Below the pieces are notes generated by a model. That model had not been told where the DNA came from. It worked only from the letters and a program-made list of their open reading frames with translations, and did no database searches. From NCBI GenBank assembly GCA_016926255.1, contig JAFGOY010000013.1, positions 2,139 through 66,138 of the forward strand: a DNA stretch of 64,000 nucleotides, given 5' to 3'. Source of the DNA: Anaerolineae bacterium (lineage in GTDB: Bacteria > Chloroflexota > Anaerolineae > Aggregatilineales > UBA3940). Positions 1 through 8,561 of this stretch are shown here, piece by piece. Position 1 is the stretch's first letter. The number at the start of each line of letters is the position of its first letter. Position numbers and translations under genes: made by a program.

Positions 1-479
1 GCAAGAATGACCGCCATCACGATCAGAACCAGCATGGCGATCTGGATCGCACGGATATGCCATTCATCCTGAGCCGTGATCACCCCGCGCAGCCCATTCC
101 ACATCGAACGCGCCCAGGCGATCACCTGCCGATGCAGCCCGCCAAGCGCCGCCGCGATCAGCAGCCAGGCCAACCAGCGCGGCGGGAACAGGCCCAGCAG
201 TCCCAGCACGACAGCCAGAAAACTGATCAACGCCAGCCCCAGCAATGCCTGCACTGATGCGCGTTCCAGGTCGGAGAGGGGGGATAGATCGGGAGTGATC
301 AGCGCACCAATCGCCCCGCCGAGAATCACCAGGGCGATTACCGCGACGATCCCCAGCCCGGTTTGAAGTAAAGCGGCGGCGATCCCCGCCGTAATCGGAA
401 AGTGGACGAGAACGTACCCGCTGACGATCACCCCCAACCACACAACCGCCAGCAGCGGCCCGATGCGACGACGGTTCAT
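1..479 (-). CDS. Polytopic membrane protein, 5' part only (gene runs off the left edge)
   Basis: This gene is absent from the ORF track because it is truncated. My translation of the minus strand from ATG 479..477 gives MNRRRIGPLLAVVWLGVIVSGYVLVHFPITAGIAAALLQTGLGIVAVIALVILGG..., with no stop to position 1 and several hydrophobic helices. Its ATG overlaps the TGA of the upstream gene (ATGA at 476..479). Confidence 0.55.
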   Translation of the reverse strand, partial: MNRRRIGPLLAVVWLGVIVSGYVLVHFPITAGIAAALLQTGLGIVAVIALVILGGAIGALITPDLSPLSDLERASVQALLGLALISFLAVVLGLLGLFPPRWLAWLLIAAALGGLHRQVIAWARSMWNGLRGVITAQDEWHIRAIQIAMLVLIVMAVIL

Positions 480-1708
480 AGTTCATCTCCAACGACTGCC
501 GGTTCGACTGCTCGCGTCTGCCGGTAAAAGGCGATCAACAGCCCGATGACGATCAGGGTGCGCAGGGGAACGGTGATGTACATTCCCCACCACAACCCGC
601 GCGAAATGAGCAGCGGCCACTCGACAAGGTTGATGAGTGAAAACAGGACGGCGGCCAGCACACCTTCCCGGTCGGGGAAGACAAATAAAATCAGCGGGAT
701 GATCATCTGCGTCCAGGGGGTGCTCCAACCCCGCGACCAGAGAAGGAACACACACCAGGTCACCCCCAGGAAAGCAACCAGCGAACGGTCGGTTTTGCGC
801 ATGGGGCGGGTGAACAAAAACACGTACAAGGCCCCAAACACAAGAAGTGCTATCCAGGGCGGAATAACGGGTGGATTGCCCATGATCTGGGTCGCCTGGG
901 CCGGGTCAAGCCTGTCACCCAGCATGCCGAAGTTGCCGGTCATCGAGGTGTTGCCATCGATCAGCGCCCAGATCGTGTTCCAGCTTGATTTCCCCGAAAG
1001 GGCACGCAGCGAGGCAACGGCAAACTCAGGGCTGATGATCAGAAACGGCAGGTAGGCCAGCACGCCGCAGCCCGCGATGATCGCCGTGTAGCGAAGCGCC
1101 GACTTCCACTCCTTGAATCGCCACACGACCGGCACCAGGAATCCGGGAAAGATTTTGGTCAGCGCACCGGCGGCAACCGCAAATGCCGAACCGACCTCTT
1201 TGTGATCGATCAGCAGCCACAGGCCGAGCAGCATATAGAATGTAACCAGCGGTTCGTAGTTCCACACCATCTGGACGAGTGGGAAGCCCAGCAGCGCGTA
1301 GCACCAGGCCAGCCCCATCCCTTGATCTGGCCCGTATATCTTCGTGCCGATCTTCCTGATCATCACCAGGCTGCCGATGTCGGCCAGCAGGAAGATCAGA
1401 GCCATGACTGTGTAATATGAATGTTCGGCCAGCCCCAGCCAGGTAATCAACACCGTATAGATCGCCAGATTGGGCCAGATGAACAGCGGTGGATATTCCA
1501 TCCACAGGCCGATATAGGGCAGCCTGCCGGTGATCGTGGTCAGCTCGCCGTACTCGTAGAAGATGTCCAGCTCGCCGTAGTAGGCAAGCTGGCCGGTGTC
1601 GTAGGCAATCAGGATGACCAGCCGCAGCCCGATGAACAGGAACAGCAGGAGCCGGAAATCGTAAAAGATCGGGATTTGCTTTTCCCCGGATGTCGTTTCA
1701 CTCGGCAA
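476..1708 (-). CDS. GT-C-like integral membrane glycosyltransferase, GT87/DUF2029 (PimE-like) flavour
   Basis: The protein is multi-spanning and carries WMEYPPLF, with a TKIFPG-type loop reminiscent of GT87. I chose the TTG start at 1708 because GGGAGG lies 6 nt upstream and the overlap with the preceding gene is only 11 nt. The track start at ATG 1771 would overlap it by 74 nt. Confidence 0.55.
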   Translation of the reverse strand: MPSETTSGEKQIPIFYDFRLLLFLFIGLRLVILIAYDTGQLAYYGELDIFYEYGELTTITGRLPYIGLWMEYPPLFIWPNLAIYTVLITWLGLAEHSYYTVMALIFLLADIGSLVMIRKIGTKIYGPDQGMGLAWCYALLGFPLVQMVWNYEPLVTFYMLLGLWLLIDHKEVGSAFAVAAGALTKIFPGFLVPVVWRFKEWKSALRYTAIIAGCGVLAYLPFLIISPEFAVASLRALSGKSSWNTIWALIDGNTSMTGNFGMLGDRLDPAQATQIMGNPPVIPPWIALLVFGALYVFLFTRPMRKTDRSLVAFLGVTWCVFLLWSRGWSTPWTQMIIPLILFVFPDREGVLAAVLFSLINLVEWPLLISRGLWWGMYITVPLRTLIVIGLLIAFYRQTRAVEPAVVGDEL

Positions 1709-3212
1709 GCAGCACCTCCCGGACAAAGATACTGGCCTTCTCGTCATTGTAAACGCGATTCCACCTGTCATCCAGCAGCAAAACCTGGGCCAACTGGCCA
1801 GAAGTTTCGATCAGCACCGTGTTTGCGCCGATTTCGTCCAAGCGATCCTGCCAGCCGGGTTGGGCGAATACCGTGTTGAGATAGCCCCTGAGCATCTCGT
1901 CGTCGTAGAGATCGGTGCGGCCATCGACATAGACCGGGTATTCGCGCAGTTCCCAGATCAGATAGCCGCCCCAGTTATAACTGTTGAAGAGCGGCCCCGG
2001 CGGTTGGTGATCGTGCAGATAGTCAACCGCCTCGACCGGCAGCAGATCGCGGCGGGCTGTCTCGATCTGTTCGGCGTTGAGGGCGGCGACCGATTTGACG
2101 ACAACCGCCCCTGCCGCCAGCAGTACGATCAGCCAGTTGATGGCGACGAACATCCCGCGCGGCGGTCGTTTCAGGCGCAGCATCCAGCCTCGCTCCTCTA
2201 ACCAGTCGGCGAGGTGGATCGACAGCACGGGCGCGGCGACAATCGCAAAGGTAGCGATGTTCCGACCGGCAAGCAGGGCGCTGTAAGCCGTCCCGCCGAC
2301 CAGCACCACGTCCCGCCAGTCGATGCGGCGCGGGGACAGCGCCGCCGCGATCAGCGTCCCCAGCAGCATCCAGATAAAGGGCCAGGTCTCAGGCCGGTGG
2401 AAATTCGGCGAGGCCCACTCCTGGATGAAATCCTGAAGCACGCCGATCCCGACCGTCTGGAAGGGATAGAGCAGCATGCGCGGCCCGTAAGGGTTCAGCG
2501 ATACCGCCGCCGCCGACACCAGCCCGATCACCACCAGCCGCCCGACCGGGCGCAGCCCATCGATCAGGGCAGCGCGGCGTTTATCGGCATCGGCTTCGCC
2601 CCGACCGTCGATCACCACGTCGAAGAACCAGCGGAGGAACTCGCCAACGGTCGCCAGCACCATCAGGATAAAGCCGATGGCAAACCCGCCGTGAAAATTC
2701 ACCCACAGGGCGACGATCAGGGGAATGAACCACAACCGGTCGATTCCCTTCTGCTGGTACAGCCTCAGCAGGTAGAGCACGACCGCGCTGAAGAAGAACG
2801 AGAACATCTGCGGGCGCGGTGACCAGAAGATCGCCGCCGCTGCCGCCGCGAGGATGATCACGAAGGCTTTGATCATCGAATCGCCCCGGCACTGGCGGTA
2901 AACAAAGGCCAGCCCGCCGGTCGCCAGCAGCGCGGTGTAGAACGCCAGCCCGACATTGCCCAGCCCGGCATACAGGCCGTAGAGAATCACCTGTGACAGC
3001 CACGAATGGTTGATCCACTCGGTACCCGCCCGCGAATAGGAAAAGAGATCGACGCGCAGCAGCGCCCGGTTCTCCACCTGCCACTGACCGGCCCGCAGGT
3101 GCCAGAGCATATCGGTATCCAGCGGGGTGCGCATCGCCATCGCAAAGACGGCCAGAAACGCCAGGATCACCAGCAGCCGGTCGAGTGTCAGCCAGCGCAG
3201 TGCTTTTCTCAT
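1698..3212 (-). CDS. GT-C-like polytopic membrane protein with C-terminal soluble domain (504 aa)
   Basis: About 10 hydrophobic helices. An acidic motif follows TM1 (PLDTDMLWHLRAG, then FSYSRAGTEWINHSWL). The last ~130 aa are soluble. ATGA overlap with the upstream gene at 3209..3212. Confidence 0.55.
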   Translation of the reverse strand: MRKALRWLTLDRLLVILAFLAVFAMAMRTPLDTDMLWHLRAGQWQVENRALLRVDLFSYSRAGTEWINHSWLSQVILYGLYAGLGNVGLAFYTALLATGGLAFVYRQCRGDSMIKAFVIILAAAAAAIFWSPRPQMFSFFFSAVVLYLLRLYQQKGIDRLWFIPLIVALWVNFHGGFAIGFILMVLATVGEFLRWFFDVVIDGRGEADADKRRAALIDGLRPVGRLVVIGLVSAAAVSLNPYGPRMLLYPFQTVGIGVLQDFIQEWASPNFHRPETWPFIWMLLGTLIAAALSPRRIDWRDVVLVGGTAYSALLAGRNIATFAIVAAPVLSIHLADWLEERGWMLRLKRPPRGMFVAINWLIVLLAAGAVVVKSVAALNAEQIETARRDLLPVEAVDYLHDHQPPGPLFNSYNWGGYLIWELREYPVYVDGRTDLYDDEMLRGYLNTVFAQPGWQDRLDEIGANTVLIETSGQLAQVLLLDDRWNRVYNDEKASIFVREVLLAE

Positions 3213-4915
3213 TGATCGTATGTCTCCTGAACGATGACGTCGCCAAACGGCCCCAGCTCTTCCGGGGTGACGGGATAAGGCAGGTCATAGAATACTGTGT
3301 AGGGGCCAATCGATTTCTCTTTGAACGCGATCCCCATTTCGGCGAAGCGCGCCCGGATCGCTTCGTCGAGGGCGGGATGGTTGGCCGTCACATAGACGAC
3401 CTCATCAGCCTCGCGTACCAGTTCGGTATAGGGCGGGTACTTGTTGTCGAGGGTGGTATAGCTCATGTCCTCGTGATAGGGCAGCAGCGGCGCAAGGATG
3501 ATCCGCTCGTCGGTGAGGAAGGCAAAGCGGAAGGTCACCCAGATATTGCTGTAGCCCCGGTCGACACCAATCGAATCGAGGAAGTCGATCAGGTCATCGT
3601 CGTATTCGTGGGGCATCCGGGCGATCTCGGCGTACTGCGTCGATATGCCCGGCGGGTTCCAGATCATCGAGCGGATGGTGCCGGTCAGGTTGTAGCCGAC
3701 CATCAGCGCCAGGATCGCCGGGGCAAGCCAGATCGCCGCCCGGCCTTTGATCACCTCGCCGCCCTTTCGCAGCCGCCCCAGCCACACGCCAACCAGAATC
3801 ACAAAGGGCGGATAGAGCCACATCACGTAGCGCCCGCTTGGGTCGGCAGCGAAGGGCGTGGCGATCAGCAGAACGAGGGTCATCAGGATGGCAAAGATGA
3901 GGCTCCCTGCCCCGACGCGGAGATAGTCCGATTCGGTCTTGTCACGGAGCCACTGCGAGGCGCGAACGAGCACGAATAAATAGATCGCCGCGACGACCAC
4001 GCCGACCGGCAGCGCGATCCAGTCGATAGACCACGAGGGGCGCAGACCGATCAGCGCCGGGAGGTTGAAGAACAGCACCGAGATCACCCGCCCCAGCCAC
4101 GACGCCTCGACCGATCCTTCGGCGAAAGCGGCCCCGACCCGCGATCCGCCCGCCTCGGAGAGAATCCGCCCGGCGATCCGCGAGAAGCCGATGATCCAGG
4201 GCACCGCCCCGGCGACAAAACCCAGCGATACGAGGCCGAGATTCTTCCAGGGAACGCGATTCAAGAATGGTTGTTTTTCGTCCTCTAATCTGGGAGCGAA
4301 CAGGCATCGCCACGCACCGATCACAACGAGCGGCACCAGCGAAGTGATGATCAACGGCTGCTCCCACCAGCCGATCCCGGCCAGCAGCCCGGCCAGCAGC
4401 CACCAACCGATCGATTGTTTACGTCCGGTAATGAGATCGAAGCCGATCAGCCAGAGCAGATTATCGAGCAGCAGGATTTCGACATAGGCCCCCAGCGGCA
4501 CGGTCGTGTAGACGATCATCATCACCGAAGGGATTGCCGTGAGCAGCGCCGCCGACATCGCCGCGAAGCGATCCTCCGAGAGTCGATAGGCCAGCAGGTA
4601 GGTCGTCCAGACAATCGCGAGGTAGAGAGGGATCAGCACCAGCCGCGAGACGAGAACCGTCTGCGGGAAGACGGCAAAGGCGAGCGCGATCAGGTAGGCT
4701 TCGAGCGTGCCGTTGTACGCCTGCCCGTAGTAGAAGATCGGGCGGGCACCCCGCAGGATGTGGCGGGCCATGATCGGCAGCATCGCCTCGTCGGTGTTGA
4801 AGGTCATCACGTTCGAAAGCAGCACGACAAGCTTCAACGCCAGCGCAGCGATCAGCGCCAGCCAGAGGCCGGTGTGAGGCGGTTGCTTTTTTTCGGATTG
4901 TAGTTCATCTGGCAT
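3209..4915 (-). CDS. GT39/GT83 (PMT/ArnT)-like membrane glycosyltransferase (568 aa)
   Basis: The N-terminus has TM1 followed by FNTDEAMLPIMARHIL (a DE motif in loop 1) and YYGQAYNGTLEAY, as in ArnT/PMT_2-type enzymes. There are many TM helices and a soluble C-terminal domain. Confidence 0.65.
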   Translation of the reverse strand: MPDELQSEKKQPPHTGLWLALIAALALKLVVLLSNVMTFNTDEAMLPIMARHILRGARPIFYYGQAYNGTLEAYLIALAFAVFPQTVLVSRLVLIPLYLAIVWTTYLLAYRLSEDRFAAMSAALLTAIPSVMMIVYTTVPLGAYVEILLLDNLLWLIGFDLITGRKQSIGWWLLAGLLAGIGWWEQPLIITSLVPLVVIGAWRCLFAPRLEDEKQPFLNRVPWKNLGLVSLGFVAGAVPWIIGFSRIAGRILSEAGGSRVGAAFAEGSVEASWLGRVISVLFFNLPALIGLRPSWSIDWIALPVGVVVAAIYLFVLVRASQWLRDKTESDYLRVGAGSLIFAILMTLVLLIATPFAADPSGRYVMWLYPPFVILVGVWLGRLRKGGEVIKGRAAIWLAPAILALMVGYNLTGTIRSMIWNPPGISTQYAEIARMPHEYDDDLIDFLDSIGVDRGYSNIWVTFRFAFLTDERIILAPLLPYHEDMSYTTLDNKYPPYTELVREADEVVYVTANHPALDEAIRARFAEMGIAFKEKSIGPYTVFYDLPYPVTPEELGPFGDVIVQETYDQ

Positions 4916-5069
4916 CAGAGTGTGTGTACCCGTGTTGATAGATCGACGGTTGCGGTGAGCGTGATCGCTCGAAGCTTATGCTACACCATCACAATCAGGA
5001 ACGACAACATTGTCGAAGGCCACCCGGTCACTTTGACCATTTCCCAAAGGCCAGACTATACTTCGACCT

Positions 5070-6623
5070 ATGAACGATAAAAAAGACCCGACCATCAACC
5101 GCACCGATCTGATCATCATGGGATCGCTGGCCCTTGTAGCGATCATCCTGCGGGTGATCCCCGGCCTGCGGATCATCGATGATGCCTATATCACCTACCG
5201 CTATGCGGCCAACGTCGCAGGGGGTGTAGGCTTCGTCTACAACGCGGGCGAACCTGTGCTGGGCACGACCACCCCGCTCTACACGCTGCTGCTGACGATC
5301 CTCAGTCTGCCGTTCAAGCCAGAAGCGATCCCGCAAATTTCGGTGATCGTCAACACGCTGTCCGATGGCATCGGCGTGGCGCTGCTCTACCTGATCGGCA
5401 AAAAGCTGATGAAGAACGATCTGCCCGGATTATTTCTCGGGCTGCTCTGGGCGGTCGCGCCAAAAAGCGTCACCTTTGCCATCGGCGGGATGGAAACCAG
5501 TTTTTACATCATGCTGATTCTGAGTGCGTTCGCCGCGTGGCTTTTCGACCGGACGCCGCTATCCGCCGTGCTGACCGGGCTGGCGACACTTACTCGCCCT
5601 GACGCGCTGATCTGGGCCGGGCCGCTGGGACTGGCGATGATCGTCCAGCACTGGATCGGCTACAAGGATCAGCCGATCCTGAAGCGCCTCCCTTGGCGGG
5701 AAGGGCTGATCTATTTTATGGTGCTTCTGCCCTGGCTGATCTACGGGACGATCACCTTCGGCAGCCCGCTGACGCATTCCGTCGCGGCCAAGTCGGTGGC
5801 CTATCACCTGGAGCCGACCAACGCGCTGATCAACCTGATCCAGCAATACTCGACACCCTTCTTCGAATTCGATACCTTCGGCTCGACCGGGGCAATGGTC
5901 GGTTCGCTGGTTTATACGCTTCTGTCGATTCTGGGTGCGCTGTTTTTGTTTCACACCGACTGGCGCTCGCTGCCGCTGATGGTTTTTCCCTGGCTTTTCT
6001 TCCTGGTTTTTGCCATCGCCAACCCGCTGATCTTCCGCTGGTACACCACGCCTACCATCCCCTTCTATTTCCTGAGCATCGTCGCCGGGGTGTGGGGGCT
6101 GATCGAGCGGCTGATCAAAGCGCCGTGGAAGCAGTGGGTACTGGTGCCCTTCGGCCTGCTGTGGCTGTTTACGAGTCTGAACGCCTGGGACATCCACCCC
6201 GATCACGGCCCCGACCGCCCCGCACCGAACATGGCGTGGTACAAGCTGGAACTGCTCTACGAAGAGGCCGCGCGGAGCATCGCCCCGGAAGTCACCGGTG
6301 AGACGGTCGTCGCTGCGGGGGACATCGGCGCGGTAGGCTGGTATTCGGGCGCGAGAATCCTCGATACACTGGGGCTGATCTCGCCGGAGTCGACCGCTTA
6401 CTACCCAATCCCCGAAGAGATGCTGGGCAGCACCGTCTACGCCATCGCCCCTGACCTGATCGTCGACTTGCAGCCGGACTACATCATCATTCTGGAAACC
6501 TACGGGCGCAACGGCCTATTCGTGGATGATCGATTCTGGGAACTGTACGAGGTCAGGGAGATTCTCGATACGGATATTTACGACAGCGAGGGGATGTACA
6601 TTTTAGAGAAGATCACTGACTGA
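5070..6623 (+). CDS. GT-C-like polytopic membrane protein (517 aa)
   Basis: TM1 is followed by RIIDDAYITYRYAANVAGGVGFVYNAGEPVLGTTTPLY. This DD-containing loop-1 motif is one I recall from arabinofuranosyl/mannosyl GT-C-like membrane proteins. More than 10 TM helices and a soluble C-terminal ~120 aa. Confidence 0.55.
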   Translation: MNDKKDPTINRTDLIIMGSLALVAIILRVIPGLRIIDDAYITYRYAANVAGGVGFVYNAGEPVLGTTTPLYTLLLTILSLPFKPEAIPQISVIVNTLSDGIGVALLYLIGKKLMKNDLPGLFLGLLWAVAPKSVTFAIGGMETSFYIMLILSAFAAWLFDRTPLSAVLTGLATLTRPDALIWAGPLGLAMIVQHWIGYKDQPILKRLPWREGLIYFMVLLPWLIYGTITFGSPLTHSVAAKSVAYHLEPTNALINLIQQYSTPFFEFDTFGSTGAMVGSLVYTLLSILGALFLFHTDWRSLPLMVFPWLFFLVFAIANPLIFRWYTTPTIPFYFLSIVAGVWGLIERLIKAPWKQWVLVPFGLLWLFTSLNAWDIHPDHGPDRPAPNMAWYKLELLYEEAARSIAPEVTGETVVAAGDIGAVGWYSGARILDTLGLISPESTAYYPIPEEMLGSTVYAIAPDLIVDLQPDYIIILETYGRNGLFVDDRFWELYEVREILDTDIYDSEGMYILEKITD

Positions 6624-6627
6624 TCAA

Positions 6628-7344
6628 TCAACCGGACAGACGGCGGAAGAACAGCCGGAAGACGGTATTCAGCGCTTTGACGATCTCTTGCTGGGAGATT
6701 TTCGACTGGCCGAGTTTGCGATCTTCGAAGATGATCGGCACCTCGCCGACCCGGTACCCGGCATTCTGAACAAGAAACAGCATTTCGATCAGGAAAGAGT
6801 AACCGCTGCTTTTGATCGAGTCGATGGGCAGGGTTTCGAGCACTTCACGGCGGTAGCAGCGGAATCCGGCAGTAGCATCGCGGGCGCGCAGGCCAAGCAG
6901 AACGTGCGCAAACTGGTTGGCTCCCCAGCTTAACAGGCGGCGGTACCAGGGAAAATCGGGGGTATCGCCGCCGGGAACGTAGCGCGACCCGATGACGAGG
7001 TCGAATCCGTTACCGGCCTTCTCGACCATCGAGGGGATGAAGCGGGGATGGTGCGAAAAGTCAGCGTCCATCGTGATGATGAAATCGGGTTGGAGCGTGA
7101 ACGCTTCCCGGTACCCGGCGAGGTAGGCTGTCCCTAAGCCCAGCTTGCCTGAGCGATGGATCACCCGCACCCGTCCGGGGTGCTGCTCGGCAAGCTGATC
7201 GGCAAGCTGGCCGGTGCCGTCCGGCGAATTGTCGTCGACGACGATCACACTGACATCGACCGGAAGCTCCAAGAGCATCAGCACCAGTTGGTTGATGTTC
7301 TCGCACTCGTTATAAGTCGGGACGATGATCTGTGTGGTGGTCAA
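6628..7344 (-). CDS. ppm1: Polyprenol/dolichol-phosphate mannose synthase (GT2, Dpm1/Ppm1-like)
   Basis: VPTYNECENI, VVDDNSPDGTG, HRSGKLGLGTAYLAGY, MDADFSHHP, VIGSRYVPGG and ATAGFRCYRREVL match the Dpm1/Ppm1 catalytic-domain pattern along the full length. Confidence 0.85.
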   Translation of the reverse strand: MTTTQIIVPTYNECENINQLVLMLLELPVDVSVIVVDDNSPDGTGQLADQLAEQHPGRVRVIHRSGKLGLGTAYLAGYREAFTLQPDFIITMDADFSHHPRFIPSMVEKAGNGFDLVIGSRYVPGGDTPDFPWYRRLLSWGANQFAHVLLGLRARDATAGFRCYRREVLETLPIDSIKSSGYSFLIEMLFLVQNAGYRVGEVPIIFEDRKLGQSKISQQEIVKALNTVFRLFFRRLSG

Positions 7345-7472
7345 CCTACCAGGCTCTTTTCGTCAAAAAATAAGGCCAGTTGGATGGGCATGACTATAGC
7401 GGTTCAAGTGAGGTGAGTCAACAACCGCCGCCGAATGTAAACCAATTGTGACATACAAAGCCGAGGAATCCA

Positions 7473-8561
7473 TTGAGTAAACCCGATAAACACAATACGA
7501 TCCGCCCCTGGATGGTTGTGCTGTTTGTACTCATCGTCTATTTGTTTGTTGTGTTTGCCGTCCACAATTTCGATCCGCTGACCTTCGTGACACTGGCCGA
7601 AGGCCCAACCGGTGACGAGGGCTACGACGGGCAGTACACCTATCACATTGCTGTCGATCCGGTCACCGCTCCGGCGAAGCTCGACGCGCCCGCCTACCGG
7701 ATGCAGCGCATCCTGCTGCCGATCACCGCCCACCTGTTGAGCTTCGGGCAGGCGGCGCTCGTCCCCTGGATGCTGATACTGATCAACGGCGCGGCGCTGG
7801 TGGGCAGTACGTATCTCTTCGAAGAACTACTCACCGCCGAAAACAAAAACCGCTGGTTCGCGCTGATCTACGGGCTGTTCCCCGGCCTGCTGATCTCTGT
7901 TCGATTGAGCGTCAACGAGCCGCTGGCGTTTGGATTGGTCGTCGCCGCGATCTCCCTGTACCGGCAGGACAAACCGATCGGCGCCGCCGTGATGCTGGCG
8001 CTGGCCGGGCTGAGCAAGGAACCGGCGCTCGTCTTTGCAGGCGGATTCATGCTGTGGTTGGCGGTCGAGAAGCGCTGGTGGGAGGCGATCCGGCTGGGGT
8101 TGATCGCCTGGTTGCCCTATATCGTCTGGCAGGTTGTGCTCTTCTTATGGCTGGGCGAGCCGGGCTTCGGATCGGGGGGCGCGGGGCAGACCTCTTTCGA
8201 GTTGATCCCATTCATGGGCTTCTTCCGCATCCTGACCGAGACCGGCAGTCTGAAAGTCTTCACGGTATTCTCCCTGTTCATGGCCCCGATGGTGCTTTTC
8301 CCCGGCCTGTGGGGATTGATCAGCAGCATCCAGAGCATCGCCCGGCGGAGCCATCACCTTTATGTGTATCTGCTGCTCGCCAACGCCGCCGTGATGCTGA
8401 TCATCCCCTACAGCACCTACCGTGAAACACTGGCGATGCTGCGCTTCATCCCGGGGCTGGCGATCTCGGTGATGTTGTACAGCGCCCACTTCAACCGGGC
8501 GCGGATGCTACGCTTCAGCCTCGTCTGGCTCGGCGGATTGGCTTTCCTCGTCGCCGCCTGA
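7473..8561 (+). CDS. Polytopic membrane protein, probable glycopolymer-assembly component (362 aa)
   Basis: TTG start with GAGGAA 4 nt upstream. TM1 is followed by an acidic loop (GPTGDEGYDGQYTYHIAVDP...LDAPAYRMQRILLP) and about 9 further helices. Function is assigned from context only. Confidence 0.45.
   Translation: MSKPDKHNTIRPWMVVLFVLIVYLFVVFAVHNFDPLTFVTLAEGPTGDEGYDGQYTYHIAVDPVTAPAKLDAPAYRMQRILLPITAHLLSFGQAALVPWMLILINGAALVGSTYLFEELLTAENKNRWFALIYGLFPGLLISVRLSVNEPLAFGLVVAAISLYRQDKPIGAAVMLALAGLSKEPALVFAGGFMLWLAVEKRWWEAIRLGLIAWLPYIVWQVVLFLWLGEPGFGSGGAGQTSFELIPFMGFFRILTETGSLKVFTVFSLFMAPMVLFPGLWGLISSIQSIARRSHHLYVYLLLANAAVMLIIPYSTYRETLAMLRFIPGLAISVMLYSAHFNRARMLRFSLVWLGGLAFLVAA

Noticed and set aside
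64-492. Track ORF on the minus strand (142 aa, MEMNYEPSSHRAAAGG...).
   Set aside because: It is an Arg/Gly/Asp-rich low-complexity translation, typical of an off-frame read in GC-rich DNA. Another minus-strand frame gives a clean multi-helix membrane protein starting at 479 with an ATGA overlap to the upstream gene.
1709-1771. Upstream ATG extension of the 476..1771 ORF.
   Set aside because: It would overlap the preceding gene by 74 nt. An in-frame TTG at 1708 has a GGGAGG SD 6 nt upstream and only an 11-nt overlap.
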